A DNA stretch of 49,215 nucleotides from an uncultured Anaerolineaceae bacterium (GTDB lineage Bacteria; Chloroflexota; Anaerolineae; Anaerolineales; E44-bin32). A program made the position numbers and the translations under genes. The DNA lies in the NCBI GenBank assembly GCA_964482355.1, contig CAYZXF010000202.1:1-49215 (forward strand). The letters run 5' to 3'. Below are positions 1 to 8,898 of this stretch, piece after piece. Position 1 is the stretch's first letter. Each line of letters opens with the position of its first letter. The notes below the pieces were generated by a model that did no database searches, had not been told where the DNA came from, and was given only the letters and a program-made list of their open reading frames with translations.

Positions 1-204
1 GTCTGGGCTCTAGTAGAAGGCAGCGTCCAATTTACATGGCGCGATCTTCGCTCAACATCGCCTACCCACCAGGAAACCTATGTGCTGGATTGCAATGAAC
101 CGACCCTGGTACTGGTGCCGTTTGGCGTTGCATTTGAAGTGCGGGCAGTGGACGGTTCATCCCAGCTGCTACGGCTCTCCACCCACGAGATCGACGAAGA
201 GTGA
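1..204 (+). CDS. 3' end of an upstream gene (last 67 codons, product unknown)
   Basis: Frame 1 is open from the window edge to TGA 202-204 (...LVLVPFGVAFEVRAVDGSSQLLRLSTHEIDEE*). The stop overlaps the GTG start of the next gene (GTGA). Confidence 0.4.
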   Translation, partial: VWALVEGSVQFTWRDLRSTSPTHQETYVLDCNEPTLVLVPFGVAFEVRAVDGSSQLLRLSTHEIDEE

Positions 205-1115
205 TTTCGTTTAAACATCTCCGCCTCTTCATTCGACTTTCTCGTCCTTTATTCTTGTTGGGAGGGTTTCTTCTCTACGCGCTCGGAGCGGCGATTGCTG
301 CCTACCTGGGTCGCCCAATCGATGCAGCGCTTTACCTGGTTGGACAAATCCTGGTCACCTTGCTCCAGCTGATGACCCACTACCTAAATGAGTATTTCGA
401 TTCTGAGATGGATCAAGACAATTCGTCACGAACCTGGCTATCTGGAGGGAGTGGCGCGATCAGTCCGGAAGGTCTACCAAAGAAAGTCGCTCTTTACGCG
501 GCTGTGATCACCCTGGCACTGGCGGCTACGATCTCCACCGCGGCGCTTGTAACCGGCGCGTTTCCGGTGCTGGCATGGCCGGTGCTACTACTCAGTTTTG
601 CAGGTGCGTTCTTCTACAGCGCCCCTCCCGTGCATCTGGCCACCACAGGCTACGGAGAATTAATTGCGGCGTTAGTAGTTGCCGGGTTGACGCCGACATT
701 TGCATATGTGCTTCAGACCGGCGAATTGCATCGGTTGCTGCTGATGAGCACGACCCCGCTTATTGCTCTTGCTTTTGCTATGATCGTTGTGTTTGAATTA
801 CCGGATTACTCGACCGACCTCAAGCATGGAAAACGAACGCTAATGGTAAGAGTCGGTTGGTCCACCGGGATGCGGGCGCACGATGTGGCGATCGCGTTCG
901 CACTGATCACCTTCGCGGTCGCATTCTCGCTTGGATTGCCCCCAAGGGTTGGGTACGGTGCGCTCATCGTAGTGCCATTGGCGCTAGCGCAAATATGGCA
1001 ATTGAATCGAATCAGACAGGCTCACCCACCAAGATGGAATAGCCTGACAATAGGGGCCATGGCGCTGTTTGCCATCGCGGCCTACCTGGAGCTCATTGGA
1101 TACCTGCTCACCTGA
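201..1115 (+). CDS. UbiA-family aromatic prenyltransferase (MenA/UbiA-like), polytopic membrane protein
   Basis: About 8-9 hydrophobic helices. First Asp-rich motif NEYFDSEMD (NxxxDxxxD) and second motif DYSTDLKHGKRT. GTG start. Confidence 0.8.
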   Translation: MISFKHLRLFIRLSRPLFLLGGFLLYALGAAIAAYLGRPIDAALYLVGQILVTLLQLMTHYLNEYFDSEMDQDNSSRTWLSGGSGAISPEGLPKKVALYAAVITLALAATISTAALVTGAFPVLAWPVLLLSFAGAFFYSAPPVHLATTGYGELIAALVVAGLTPTFAYVLQTGELHRLLLMSTTPLIALAFAMIVVFELPDYSTDLKHGKRTLMVRVGWSTGMRAHDVAIAFALITFAVAFSLGLPPRVGYGALIVVPLALAQIWQLNRIRQAHPPRWNSLTIGAMALFAIAAYLELIGYLLT

Positions 1116-1116
1116 T

Positions 1117-2349
1117 ATGCCCGAATTTTTGAAACTCACCAGCCCAGAAGAAGCGTTGAACACTTTTCTCGACTCGGTTCCCGGCAGCCCTGCATCCGAA
1201 AGCATCCGAACCGAACGGTCCCTGGGTCGGGTGCTGCTCAATGATGTAGTTGCACCCTCCGCTCTTCCGCCATTTGCCAGGACCACGGTTGATGGATTTG
1301 CGGTTCGAGCATCGGATACGTTTAGCGCCTCAGCAGGCCAGCCGGCTTACTTGACTATTGTTGGTGAAGTACTGATGGGCACCGACTCCGAGCTTCAGGT
1401 CGAGCAGGGAACGGCAATCTTAATTCACACCGGCGGTATGCTGCCTGAGGGAGCGGATGCGGTAGTCATGGTTGAAGATACCCAATCCGTTTCCGATGTG
1501 GAGCTCGAAGTATTAAAGCCCGTCGCCGGCGGCCAGAACGTGCTTCAGATGGGCGAAGATGTCCAACCTGGCGAGGTGGTCATTCAAGGCGGAACCCGAA
1601 TTCGGGCACAGGAGATCGGGGGACTGATGGCGCTCGGTTTCACCGAGGTGAAGGTGGCAGAAACGCCACGTATTGCAATCCTGTCCACCGGGGACGAAGT
1701 CGTACCGCCTTCCGAAGAGCCCGAAGCAGGCCAGGTGAGGGACATCAATTCATACACCCTCAGCGCACTGGTTGAACGCGCCGGCGGAAAGCCGGTGCGC
1801 TATGGGATTATTCCAGACAATGCGCAGGATTTAGAAATTATCGCCAGACAAGCGCATTCCGAGCATCATATGTCGTTGATCACTGCCGGATCATCTGTCA
1901 GCGAACGCGACATTACTGCGGACGTAATTAAGCAGCTAGGCGAACCCGGCATTCTGGTGCACGGCATCGCACTGCGCCCGGGCAAGCCGACCATCCTGAG
2001 CGTTTGCAACGATGTGCCGGTGGTGGGATTGCCGGGAAATCCAGTCAGCGCAGTCGTTGTCGCCGGACTATTCGTGACACCGGCCATTCGGAAGCTCCAG
2101 GGCTTGCGAGGACCGGAGTGGACCTCGACCATCCATGCGAGCCTACAGACCAACGTGTCTTCGGTCTCAGGCAGAGAAGATTGGCTTCCGTGTCGACTGA
2201 TCGTGACCCCGGATGGGCTCGAAGCTGAGCCCGTGTTTGGCCGATCAAACCTGATCTTCACGCTGGTCCGAGCGGACGGCCTTGTCCGAATCCCCGCCGC
2301 TTCGACTGGGATTGATGCAGGCGAAAGAGTCGAGGTGCGTTTGTTTTAG
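1117..2349 (+). CDS. moeA: Molybdopterin molybdenumtransferase MoeA
   Basis: MoeA motifs VDGFAVRASDT, GGMLPEGADAVVMVEDT, ILSTGDEV, ITAGSSVSERD, LPGNPVSA. ATG 1117 lies one nt after the UbiA stop. The ORF-track start at 1069 would overlap the upstream gene. Confidence 0.85.
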   Translation: MPEFLKLTSPEEALNTFLDSVPGSPASESIRTERSLGRVLLNDVVAPSALPPFARTTVDGFAVRASDTFSASAGQPAYLTIVGEVLMGTDSELQVEQGTAILIHTGGMLPEGADAVVMVEDTQSVSDVELEVLKPVAGGQNVLQMGEDVQPGEVVIQGGTRIRAQEIGGLMALGFTEVKVAETPRIAILSTGDEVVPPSEEPEAGQVRDINSYTLSALVERAGGKPVRYGIIPDNAQDLEIIARQAHSEHHMSLITAGSSVSERDITADVIKQLGEPGILVHGIALRPGKPTILSVCNDVPVVGLPGNPVSAVVVAGLFVTPAIRKLQGLRGPEWTSTIHASLQTNVSSVSGREDWLPCRLIVTPDGLEAEPVFGRSNLIFTLVRADGLVRIPAASTGIDAGERVEVRLF

Positions 2350-2350
2350 G

Positions 2351-4276
2351 ATGGCCACACGCACCGTGTATCTCAAAGACGTTCCATTCGATGAGGCCTG
2401 GCGTTCATTTCGTTCGGCCTTGGAGGGGGTCAACCGATGGGAGGCCGGCGAGGGCGAAACCGTTCCACTCGATGAGGCTCTGGGCCGCGTTACCGCCGAA
2501 CCCATTTGGGCAAAGATTTCATCTCCCCACTACCACGCGGCAGCCATGGACGGCTTTGCATTGCGCGCGGCGGACACGTTTGAAGCGAGTGATCGATCAC
2601 CATCCCAACTCTCAAAAGAACAAATCGAGCAGGTCGACACCGGCGATGCATTGCCGGATTGGGCCGACGCAATAGTTCCAATTGAAGCTGTGGAAATCGT
2701 CGGAGATCGAGAAGCGATTTTATTGCGGGCGGCAATTCATCCATGGTCCAACGTGCGGGCGATGGGTGAAGACATGGTTGCCACAGAGATGATTCTGCCT
2801 GCCGGCCATCAGCTTCGGCCGGTGGATCTCGGTGCTGCGGCCGGGAGCGGGCACGACCAATTGGTCGTGCGTAGGAAACCGCGTGTGGCGGTGATCCCCA
2901 CCGGATCCGAACTCGTGCCCCCAGGGACGATCCCCGAGCCGGGGCAAATTATCGAATACAACAGCCTGGTGCTGGCCGCCCAATTAGAGAAGTGGGGCGC
3001 GGCGCCTACCCGCCTGCCCGTCGTTCGAGATAGTCTGGAAGAAATCCGTGCTGCCGTAAGCAAAGCCGCCGGTGAGTTCGATTTAATCTTGCTCAACGCC
3101 GGTTCCTCGGCCGGTTCCGAAGACCATTCCGCGGCCGTTGTAGAGTCGCTCGGAGAGCTATTAGTACATGGAGTGGCGATCCGACCGGGTCACCCGGTGA
3201 TCCTTGGTATGGTCAATCGCGAGGTACCCATCATTGGTGTGCCGGGATATCCTGCCTCTGCAGCTCTCACCGGTGAAATTTTTGTACAACCGCTGATACG
3301 GCGCTGGCTGGGACTCCCGGAGTCTGATAAGCGCCAGATTGAAGCGGTCCTCACCAGAAAGGTACATTCCTCTCTCGGCGACGATGAATACCTGCGAGTT
3401 TCGGTCGGCATGGTCGGGGATCGTACGGTCGCAGCTCCCTTATCGAGAGGGGCGGGAGTGATCACATCGCTTGTCCGAGCAGACGGTATCGTGGAGATCC
3501 CGGCCGGCATACAAGGTTACGCAGCGGGAACTCAGGTACAGGTTCGCCTCTATCGATCGCCGGAGGAGATCGAGCGCACGATTCTCGCCATTGGATCTCA
3601 CGATCTGACGCTCGATTTGATCGCCCAGGAATTGGCGACCCGTGGCACCAGACTCAGCTCTGCCAGCGTAGGCAGCCTGGGTGGTCTGGTGGCCCTGGCG
3701 CGTGGCGAGGCCCATGTGGCAGGCTCCCATCTGCTGGATCCACAAACCGGCGAGTACAACCTGTCCTACATCCGCAAGCATTTGCCCGAAACCAAAGTGA
3801 TGGTCGTGGGATTGGTCCGGAGATGGCAGGGATTAATCCTTGGCGCTGGAAATCCGAAGGGTATTGAAAGTCTTAAAGACCTGGCGCGAGAGGATGTGAT
3901 CTTCGTCAATCGCCAGCGCGGCGCAGGCACACGCGTGTTGCTTGACTATCAGCTGGCAAAGCAGAAGCTCGATTCCGAAGCGATCCACGGATATGGACGA
4001 GAAGAGTTCACGCACCTGGCCGTAGCAGCCGCGATCGCCACTGGGCGTGCGGACTGCGGGTTGGGGATCCAGGCTGCCGCAGCGGCTTTGAAGCTTGATT
4101 TTCTGCCTCTGTTTAGCGAACGCTACGACCTGGTGATACCTGAGGAGCACTACCAAAGCAGGCTGCTCGAGCCGCTGCTTGAAGTGCTCGCGAGCGATCA
4201 ATTTGCTGGCGAAGTCGATAAGTTGTCCGGCTACGAGTTGGAGCGGCCGGGAGAAGTGTTGGCAGAGCTGGGCTAG
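2351..4276 (+). CDS. MoeA paralogue fused to a C-terminal periplasmic-binding-protein-like (PBP-like) domain
   Basis: MoeA core (MDGFALRAADT, IPTGSELV, NAGSSAGSEDH, VPGYPASA). An extra PBP-like domain of about 220 aa follows from about residue 440 (IGSHDLTLDL...GEAHVAGSHL...NRQRGAGTR...ADCGLGI). ATG 2351 lies one nt after the moeA stop TAG 2347-2349. Confidence 0.8.
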   Translation: MATRTVYLKDVPFDEAWRSFRSALEGVNRWEAGEGETVPLDEALGRVTAEPIWAKISSPHYHAAAMDGFALRAADTFEASDRSPSQLSKEQIEQVDTGDALPDWADAIVPIEAVEIVGDREAILLRAAIHPWSNVRAMGEDMVATEMILPAGHQLRPVDLGAAAGSGHDQLVVRRKPRVAVIPTGSELVPPGTIPEPGQIIEYNSLVLAAQLEKWGAAPTRLPVVRDSLEEIRAAVSKAAGEFDLILLNAGSSAGSEDHSAAVVESLGELLVHGVAIRPGHPVILGMVNREVPIIGVPGYPASAALTGEIFVQPLIRRWLGLPESDKRQIEAVLTRKVHSSLGDDEYLRVSVGMVGDRTVAAPLSRGAGVITSLVRADGIVEIPAGIQGYAAGTQVQVRLYRSPEEIERTILAIGSHDLTLDLIAQELATRGTRLSSASVGSLGGLVALARGEAHVAGSHLLDPQTGEYNLSYIRKHLPETKVMVVGLVRRWQGLILGAGNPKGIESLKDLAREDVIFVNRQRGAGTRVLLDYQLAKQKLDSEAIHGYGREEFTHLAVAAAIATGRADCGLGIQAAAAALKLDFLPLFSERYDLVIPEEHYQSRLLEPLLEVLASDQFAGEVDKLSGYELERPGEVLAELG

Positions 4277-5499
4277 CGGCCGGGGATAAATATCACCGGG
4301 GCAGGCGTGAAGGTCAGGAAGAAAATGACAAGCGCCAGGATCGCCGCTGCCTTACGGCCGTTGTCAAGCTCAGTCACATCATCGAGCGGCTGAGCATAGG
4401 TTCTGCCCATAAAGAAGACTATGGCCGCAAAGATAAACCAACCCTGCCAGACAACAATCAAGAGCATGAAGCCCACCACTACAAATGGCCACAGTCTTCT
4501 GGCGCGCGCTCCGAGCCAGGCGTAAATTGAATGTCCACCATCAAGCTGGCCAGCTGGGATGAGATTGATGCCGGTGACCAGGAGACCCGCCCAGGCTGCA
4601 AAAGCCATTGGGTGAAGGAAAACGTCCCGTCCCCCATATGGAAACGGAACCCCGAATTGTCCGCCCGCACCCGCAGCGACATTTCGAAGCCAGTAGATAA
4701 TTTGATTCTGGGTTCCGAAGTCTGCCGGTGCTGGGAGAAGCTCGCCAGAGACAATGTATTTCGCAGCCAGGTAGAGAAGAGAATTCCCTTCCAATGTGAT
4801 GGCAGCGCCCCGCGGAATCAATACCTCGGTGACGGTGGATAGATTGAGCCCGATGATTAATAATGGCAGCGCAACAACCAGTCCCGCGTATGGCCCTGCC
4901 AGACCCATATCGAGTAGGTGTCTTCGATTCTTAGGACGGCGCTTGAGTTGGATAAAGGCTCCGAACGTTCCAAGAAACCCACCCGGGAACGGGATAAAGA
5001 AAGGCAGCGAGACTGCAATTTTATGGAACCGTCCCGCCCAGTAATGGCCAAACTCGTGCGCTGCCAAGATCCCAAGCAAAGTCCCAGCGTATATCAGTCC
5101 CAGGGCAAGCGGCTGGCCAAGCAGATTCTGAGTCGGGTTTTGAAAGGCATACGATCTGCCGTAGCCCAGTCCGGTGTACAACACGGCCAGAAAGGTCGCC
5201 ACCGCGAGCAATGCGTGCAGCCAGAGCCGGTCTGGCTTCACCTCTTGAGCCTCGTCCACGGCCAGGAATACATGCGCCTCTCCATCCTGGCGAAGGAATA
5301 GCCCCACTCCGTGCTCTGCAAACTTAGGCTCCAGCCGATCGAATGCCTCGGAGGAATCGAGGCGTAGACGGCCCTTAAATCGCGCCCGGAAGGATCGCCC
5401 ATCGGCTCCCGGCTGCCATCTGGTGACATCCATGACCTCTCTGACAGACGGCAAGAGTCGGGTAACCAGATCGTCCAAACGTTCAATCGACGATTCCAC
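4273..5499 (-). CDS. Site-2 protease family (M50) membrane metalloprotease
   Basis: HEFGHY (HExxH) and NLIPAGQLDGGH (S2P NxxPxxxLDG motif), with multiple TM helices. The start is trimmed to GTG 5499, preceded by GGAGG at 4-nt spacing, because the 5' 57 codons of the called ORF overlap tRNA-Sec. Confidence 0.75.
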   Translation of the reverse strand: MESSIERLDDLVTRLLPSVREVMDVTRWQPGADGRSFRARFKGRLRLDSSEAFDRLEPKFAEHGVGLFLRQDGEAHVFLAVDEAQEVKPDRLWLHALLAVATFLAVLYTGLGYGRSYAFQNPTQNLLGQPLALGLIYAGTLLGILAAHEFGHYWAGRFHKIAVSLPFFIPFPGGFLGTFGAFIQLKRRPKNRRHLLDMGLAGPYAGLVVALPLLIIGLNLSTVTEVLIPRGAAITLEGNSLLYLAAKYIVSGELLPAPADFGTQNQIIYWLRNVAAGAGGQFGVPFPYGGRDVFLHPMAFAAWAGLLVTGINLIPAGQLDGGHSIYAWLGARARRLWPFVVVGFMLLIVVWQGWFIFAAIVFFMGRTYAQPLDDVTELDNGRKAAAILALVIFFLTFTPAPVIFIPGR

Positions 5500-5520
5500 T
5501 AAGCCTCCGCTGATAGTAGG

Positions 5521-5614
5521 CAGGAGTGGATGGGAGTCGAACCCACCGCGGCCCGCATAACGACCCGCCACCGATTTTGAAGACCGGGGAGCCCACCGGG
5601 GCCCAACCACCCCC
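5521..5614 (-). tRNA. selC: tRNA-Sec (anticodon UCA), 94 nt, CCA not encoded
   Basis: The minus strand reads GGGGGTGG-TT-GGGCCC-CGGT-GGGCTC-C-CCGGT-CTTCAAA-ATCGG-(24-nt extra arm)-GTGGG-TTCGACT-CCCAT-CCACTCCT-G. It has an 8-bp acceptor stem with a 5-bp T stem, a 6-bp D stem with a 4-nt loop, a UCA anticodon and a long variable arm. Confidence 0.85.
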
Positions 5615-5624
5615 AAGATTGGCA

Positions 5625-5654
5625 AGGATACCTTACGCGTGTAAGGCCTGACAA
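5625..5654 (-). promoter_or_regulatory. Candidate sigma70-type promoter for selC
   Basis: Minus strand TTGTCA-18 nt-TATCCT, ending 10 nt before the tRNA 5' end. The spacer contains the palindrome CCTTAC-acgc-GTAAGG. Confidence 0.4.
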
Positions 5655-5706
5655 GAATGCTGAGCACCATGATCGGAACTTCCTATCGATCATCTGTGGG
5701 TACTCC

Positions 5707-6951
5707 TTGCTACAATCTTGCGGAAGTGTATCGATGCATCAGACCCTGCCTTCGGAACTGACACCGCCTTCTGGATCCGCCTCGCCAAAGCGAGACAATT
5801 GGGACTATGTCCTCATTGTTTCTGGTTCCCTCGGACTGGGGCTAAGTCTGGCAATTGCAGCCGCCCTCGGCCTGCTCTCTATCTTTGCCAGACAGCCCAT
5901 TGCTCTGGGAGTAGAAGCGGCTTCGATCTTTGCCCTTGGGGTGCTGGCGGCACCGGCGATTTACTGGGGCTTCAAGGGCTCGACAGATCGAGCCGTTCGA
6001 AGACCGGGCCAGGCATGGATCCTGGCGATGCTGCTTTATCCGTTGGCGCTGGTGCTCGGAATACTCGCCTTTGAGGTCGGAACGCTACCCAGAGTCTTGG
6101 GCCCCATTGCCCACATCATTGCAGCTGGGGCGCCAGTTTTATTCGTGGCCTCGATATCGCTGGCGCGAGGACCGCTCACATCCGCCCGACGCCGCTGGGC
6201 GCACGTTTTAGCGGGCTCGTGGGTAACTCCGCCGCTCAGTCTGTTTCTCGAGTTGCTGATGTTGGTCCCGTTCGGACTGCTCATGATTTTGGGTCTGGCG
6301 CTGAGTCCGGATAGCCAATCGCTCCTTCAAGAGTTAGCCACCATCGACCTCAGTTCGGAGTCAGAAGTAATCAACCTCACCGAGCGGCTTCTCACGCAAC
6401 CGATCGTGATCCTACTGGGGGTAGGGCTGCTTTCTGGCGCGGTGCCTCTTATCGAAGAGCTGCTAAAAACCATCACGATTTGGCCCTTGCTGGGGAAACC
6501 GATGTCGGCCAGATACGCGTTCCTGGGCGGCGCGCTGGGAGGCGCTGGCTACGCACTCTTCGAATCACTGTTCCTGCCTCAACCTGGCGAAGAATGGGTA
6601 ATAACCATGGTGGCTCGCGCAGGCACTCCATTGATCCATGCATTTAACACCGGCTTGGTGTGCTGGGGACTGGCAGAAGGGGTGCGCCGCAGGCGATGGC
6701 TTCTCTCCGCCGGCGCCTACATTTTAGCCGTCGGCCTGCACGGGATGTGGAACCTGGCTGCAATTGGAATCGGCCTCTCGGGGCTTGGAGCTGAGTCCGG
6801 CGCGAGCGGTTTGGATCCGTCCCTATTGAATGCCGTGGGCTATTTAGGGCTGTTGGGATTGTTCGGGCTTACGGTAGGTTCGCTGGCGGGGCTGATCTGG
6901 CTTCCGGCCAGGTTGGGCTCAGAGGCTTCGGACCTTCCGCGCCGCACGTGA
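5707..6951 (+). CDS. PrsW-like intramembrane protease family protein
   Basis: Polytopic membrane protein with IEELLK (EExxK), ALFESL and His motifs IHAFN and LHGMWN (HxxxN). The start is uncertain (TTG 5707 or ATG 5734). Confidence 0.6.
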   Translation: MLQSCGSVSMHQTLPSELTPPSGSASPKRDNWDYVLIVSGSLGLGLSLAIAAALGLLSIFARQPIALGVEAASIFALGVLAAPAIYWGFKGSTDRAVRRPGQAWILAMLLYPLALVLGILAFEVGTLPRVLGPIAHIIAAGAPVLFVASISLARGPLTSARRRWAHVLAGSWVTPPLSLFLELLMLVPFGLLMILGLALSPDSQSLLQELATIDLSSESEVINLTERLLTQPIVILLGVGLLSGAVPLIEELLKTITIWPLLGKPMSARYAFLGGALGGAGYALFESLFLPQPGEEWVITMVARAGTPLIHAFNTGLVCWGLAEGVRRRRWLLSAGAYILAVGLHGMWNLAAIGIGLSGLGAESGASGLDPSLLNAVGYLGLLGLFGLTVGSLAGLIWLPARLGSEASDLPRRT

Positions 6952-7559
6952 TGAATCACGTAGAAGATGAACCCCCCCAGCAATATGATGGCGATCGGAA
7001 TGTCGAACGGTCGCATAATCGCCCGCAGTTCTTCCCAGTTCGCCCCAAATGCGTAGCCGCCGAGGGCAAGCGCTCCACACCAAATAAAAGAGCCTGCGAA
7101 GGTATAGATTACAAAAGGCACAATCGGGGTTCGCGAGACACCCATGGGAAAAGAAATAAAGGTACGCACGATTGGCAGCAAGCGAGAGAAGAAGGCTACC
7201 GCATTCCCCCAGCGCGTAAACCAGCCATCGGCAAGCGCTAGATCATGGTGACTGATCATGAAGTATTTACCGTAGCGATCAAGAAATGGCCGCCCACCAT
7301 AGGCTCCCAACGCGTAGGAAGCGATTGAACCGATCGTGCAGCCTAGCGCGCCGAAAAATCCGCCGAGCAGGAACGCTTGCAGCGGAGTTCCGCCTTGAGC
7401 TTGCACCAGCAGCCAACCTGCCAACGGCATGGTGACTTCACTCGGAATTGGGATGTTGGCGCTTTCCAGCGCCATGATGAAGGCCACTCCGCCCCAACCA
7501 ATCGTCTGTAAGACGTCGGTGAGGATCAGAACGATTTGATGCTCGAGTTCAGCGGGCAT
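6840..7559 (-). CDS. DedA/SNARE-associated family membrane protein
   Basis: Typical DedA core (VTMPLAGWL...GRPFLDRYGKY...FFSRLLPIVRTFISFPMG). AGGAG lies 7 nt upstream of the ATG. Confidence 0.8.
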   Translation of the reverse strand: MPAELEHQIVLILTDVLQTIGWGGVAFIMALESANIPIPSEVTMPLAGWLLVQAQGGTPLQAFLLGGFFGALGCTIGSIASYALGAYGGRPFLDRYGKYFMISHHDLALADGWFTRWGNAVAFFSRLLPIVRTFISFPMGVSRTPIVPFVIYTFAGSFIWCGALALGGYAFGANWEELRAIMRPFDIPIAIILLGGFIFYVIHHVRRGRSEASEPNLAGSQISPASEPTVSPNNPNSPK

Positions 7560-7668
7560 GCTGCTCCTATTGTCGACCGGAGAGTATACCTAGAACAAAA
7601 ACAGGAAACAATGTGTAAGTCGCTCCCCTGAATAGGTCTCTGCTCCCGCTGGCAATTCAAGGTCGAAG

Positions 7669-7677
7669 TGATATAGT
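7669..7677 (+). promoter_or_regulatory. Candidate extended -10 promoter element upstream of the Roadblock gene
   Basis: TGaTATAGT (TGn plus a -10 hexamer). No good -35 is visible. Confidence 0.3.
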
Positions 7678-7743
7678 ATTGCCCGCGCTTGAACAGGTCT
7701 TATGTTGACCCAAGCAAGATCAATCCGAAGCTGAATTCCACCA

Positions 7744-8115
7744 TTGGCTAAGCCGCGCGTCGAACTCATGATGGACCGCTTGCGTGATCTGCAAGCCTCC
7801 TCGACAGATGTCGAGGCTTCCGCTATTGTCAGTGTCGATGGCTTGACCATGGCCTCCGCTTTGCCCCCTGATATTGAGGAAGATCGAGTATCCGCCATGT
7901 CAGCGGCGATGCTTTCCCTTGGCGAACGTATCGCGACCGAACTTGGCCGAGGCAAATTGGACCAGGTCTACATCAAGGGTCAGACCGGATATGTGATCCT
8001 GATGTCCATCGCTGCCGATGCCGTTCTAACCGTTCTGGCGCGGGACCAAGCAAAACTCGGACTTCTGTTTCTCGACATGCGCCGTGCAGCGGAGGATCTC
8101 GAAAAATTGCTCTAG
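7744..8115 (+). CDS. Roadblock/LC7 (MglB-like) domain protein
   Basis: About 120 aa with a Robl/LC7-type pattern (ASAIVSVDGLTMAS...MSAAMLSLGERIA...GYVILMSI...VLTVLA). The start is TTG 7744 or ATG 7768. Confidence 0.7.
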   Translation: MAKPRVELMMDRLRDLQASSTDVEASAIVSVDGLTMASALPPDIEEDRVSAMSAAMLSLGERIATELGRGKLDQVYIKGQTGYVILMSIAADAVLTVLARDQAKLGLLFLDMRRAAEDLEKLL

Positions 8116-8116
8116 G

Positions 8117-8851
8117 ATGCGACAGCTTACGCTTGTCATCCCCACGTACAACGAGGCGGAGAATCTCCCCTCCCTCATTGAAAATCTAGTCGAAATCTCC
8201 ATTCCGGACCTAAAAATCATTATTGTTGACGACGGCTCGCCGGACGGCACGGGTGAGATGGCGGAAGAGCTCGCCGAGAATATGCCCGGCAATATGTCGG
8301 TCGTGCATCGAGCGGGCAAGCTCGGTCTCGGCTCGGCCTATCTTCGCGGGTTTGGTGTCGCCCTCTCAGAGGGAGCCCAAGCAATTGGCCAGATGGATGC
8401 AGATTTCTCGCACTCCCCCTCCTACCTGCCGGAGTTTCTGGCTGGGCTCGATCAATGGGATGCTGTGTTTGGATCTCGATATGTCAAGGGAGGCCAGGTA
8501 GACGAACGCTGGAGTCGTGGGCGCCGGTTCCTATCTAATTTCGGCAATACGTACGCAAGGGTTATTTTGCGGCTGCAAGTTCGAGATTCAACGGGTGGTT
8601 TTCGAATATGGCGCGGGGAGACCCTCAGGGCCCTGCCGCTCGAGCGCATCCGCTCCGAGGGCTATGTCTTTCAGGTGGAAATGGCTTACCTTGCACAGAG
8701 GCTAGGATTCAACGTTGCCGAACAACCGATCTACTTCGAGGATCGGCGCATAGGGGAATCAAAGATGTCGCTAAAGATCCAGCTCGAGGCCGCCATCCGA
8801 GTATGGCTGCTCCCGTACGTCTATCGGGGTCTGCAGCCAAAGCGCGCCTGA
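8117..8851 (+). CDS. GT2 polyprenol/dolichol-phosphate mannose synthase-like glycosyltransferase
   Basis: LVIPTYNEAENL, IIVDDGSPDGT, QMDADFSH (DxD region), GGFRIW. ATG 8117 lies one nt after the Roadblock stop. Confidence 0.85.
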   Translation: MRQLTLVIPTYNEAENLPSLIENLVEISIPDLKIIIVDDGSPDGTGEMAEELAENMPGNMSVVHRAGKLGLGSAYLRGFGVALSEGAQAIGQMDADFSHSPSYLPEFLAGLDQWDAVFGSRYVKGGQVDERWSRGRRFLSNFGNTYARVILRLQVRDSTGGFRIWRGETLRALPLERIRSEGYVFQVEMAYLAQRLGFNVAEQPIYFEDRRIGESKMSLKIQLEAAIRVWLLPYVYRGLQPKRA

Positions 8852-8898
8852 GGGCCGCCGCTGAGAACTAGCCCTTTCCTTAGGTGCATGCGTGCACA

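Noticed and set aside
5500-5693. N-terminal 57 codons of ORF 4273..5670, and the 64-aa ORF 5499..5693
   Set aside because: Both run straight through the tRNA-Sec gene and its promoter. A GTG with a GGAGG SD at 5499 gives a sensible M50 protease start.
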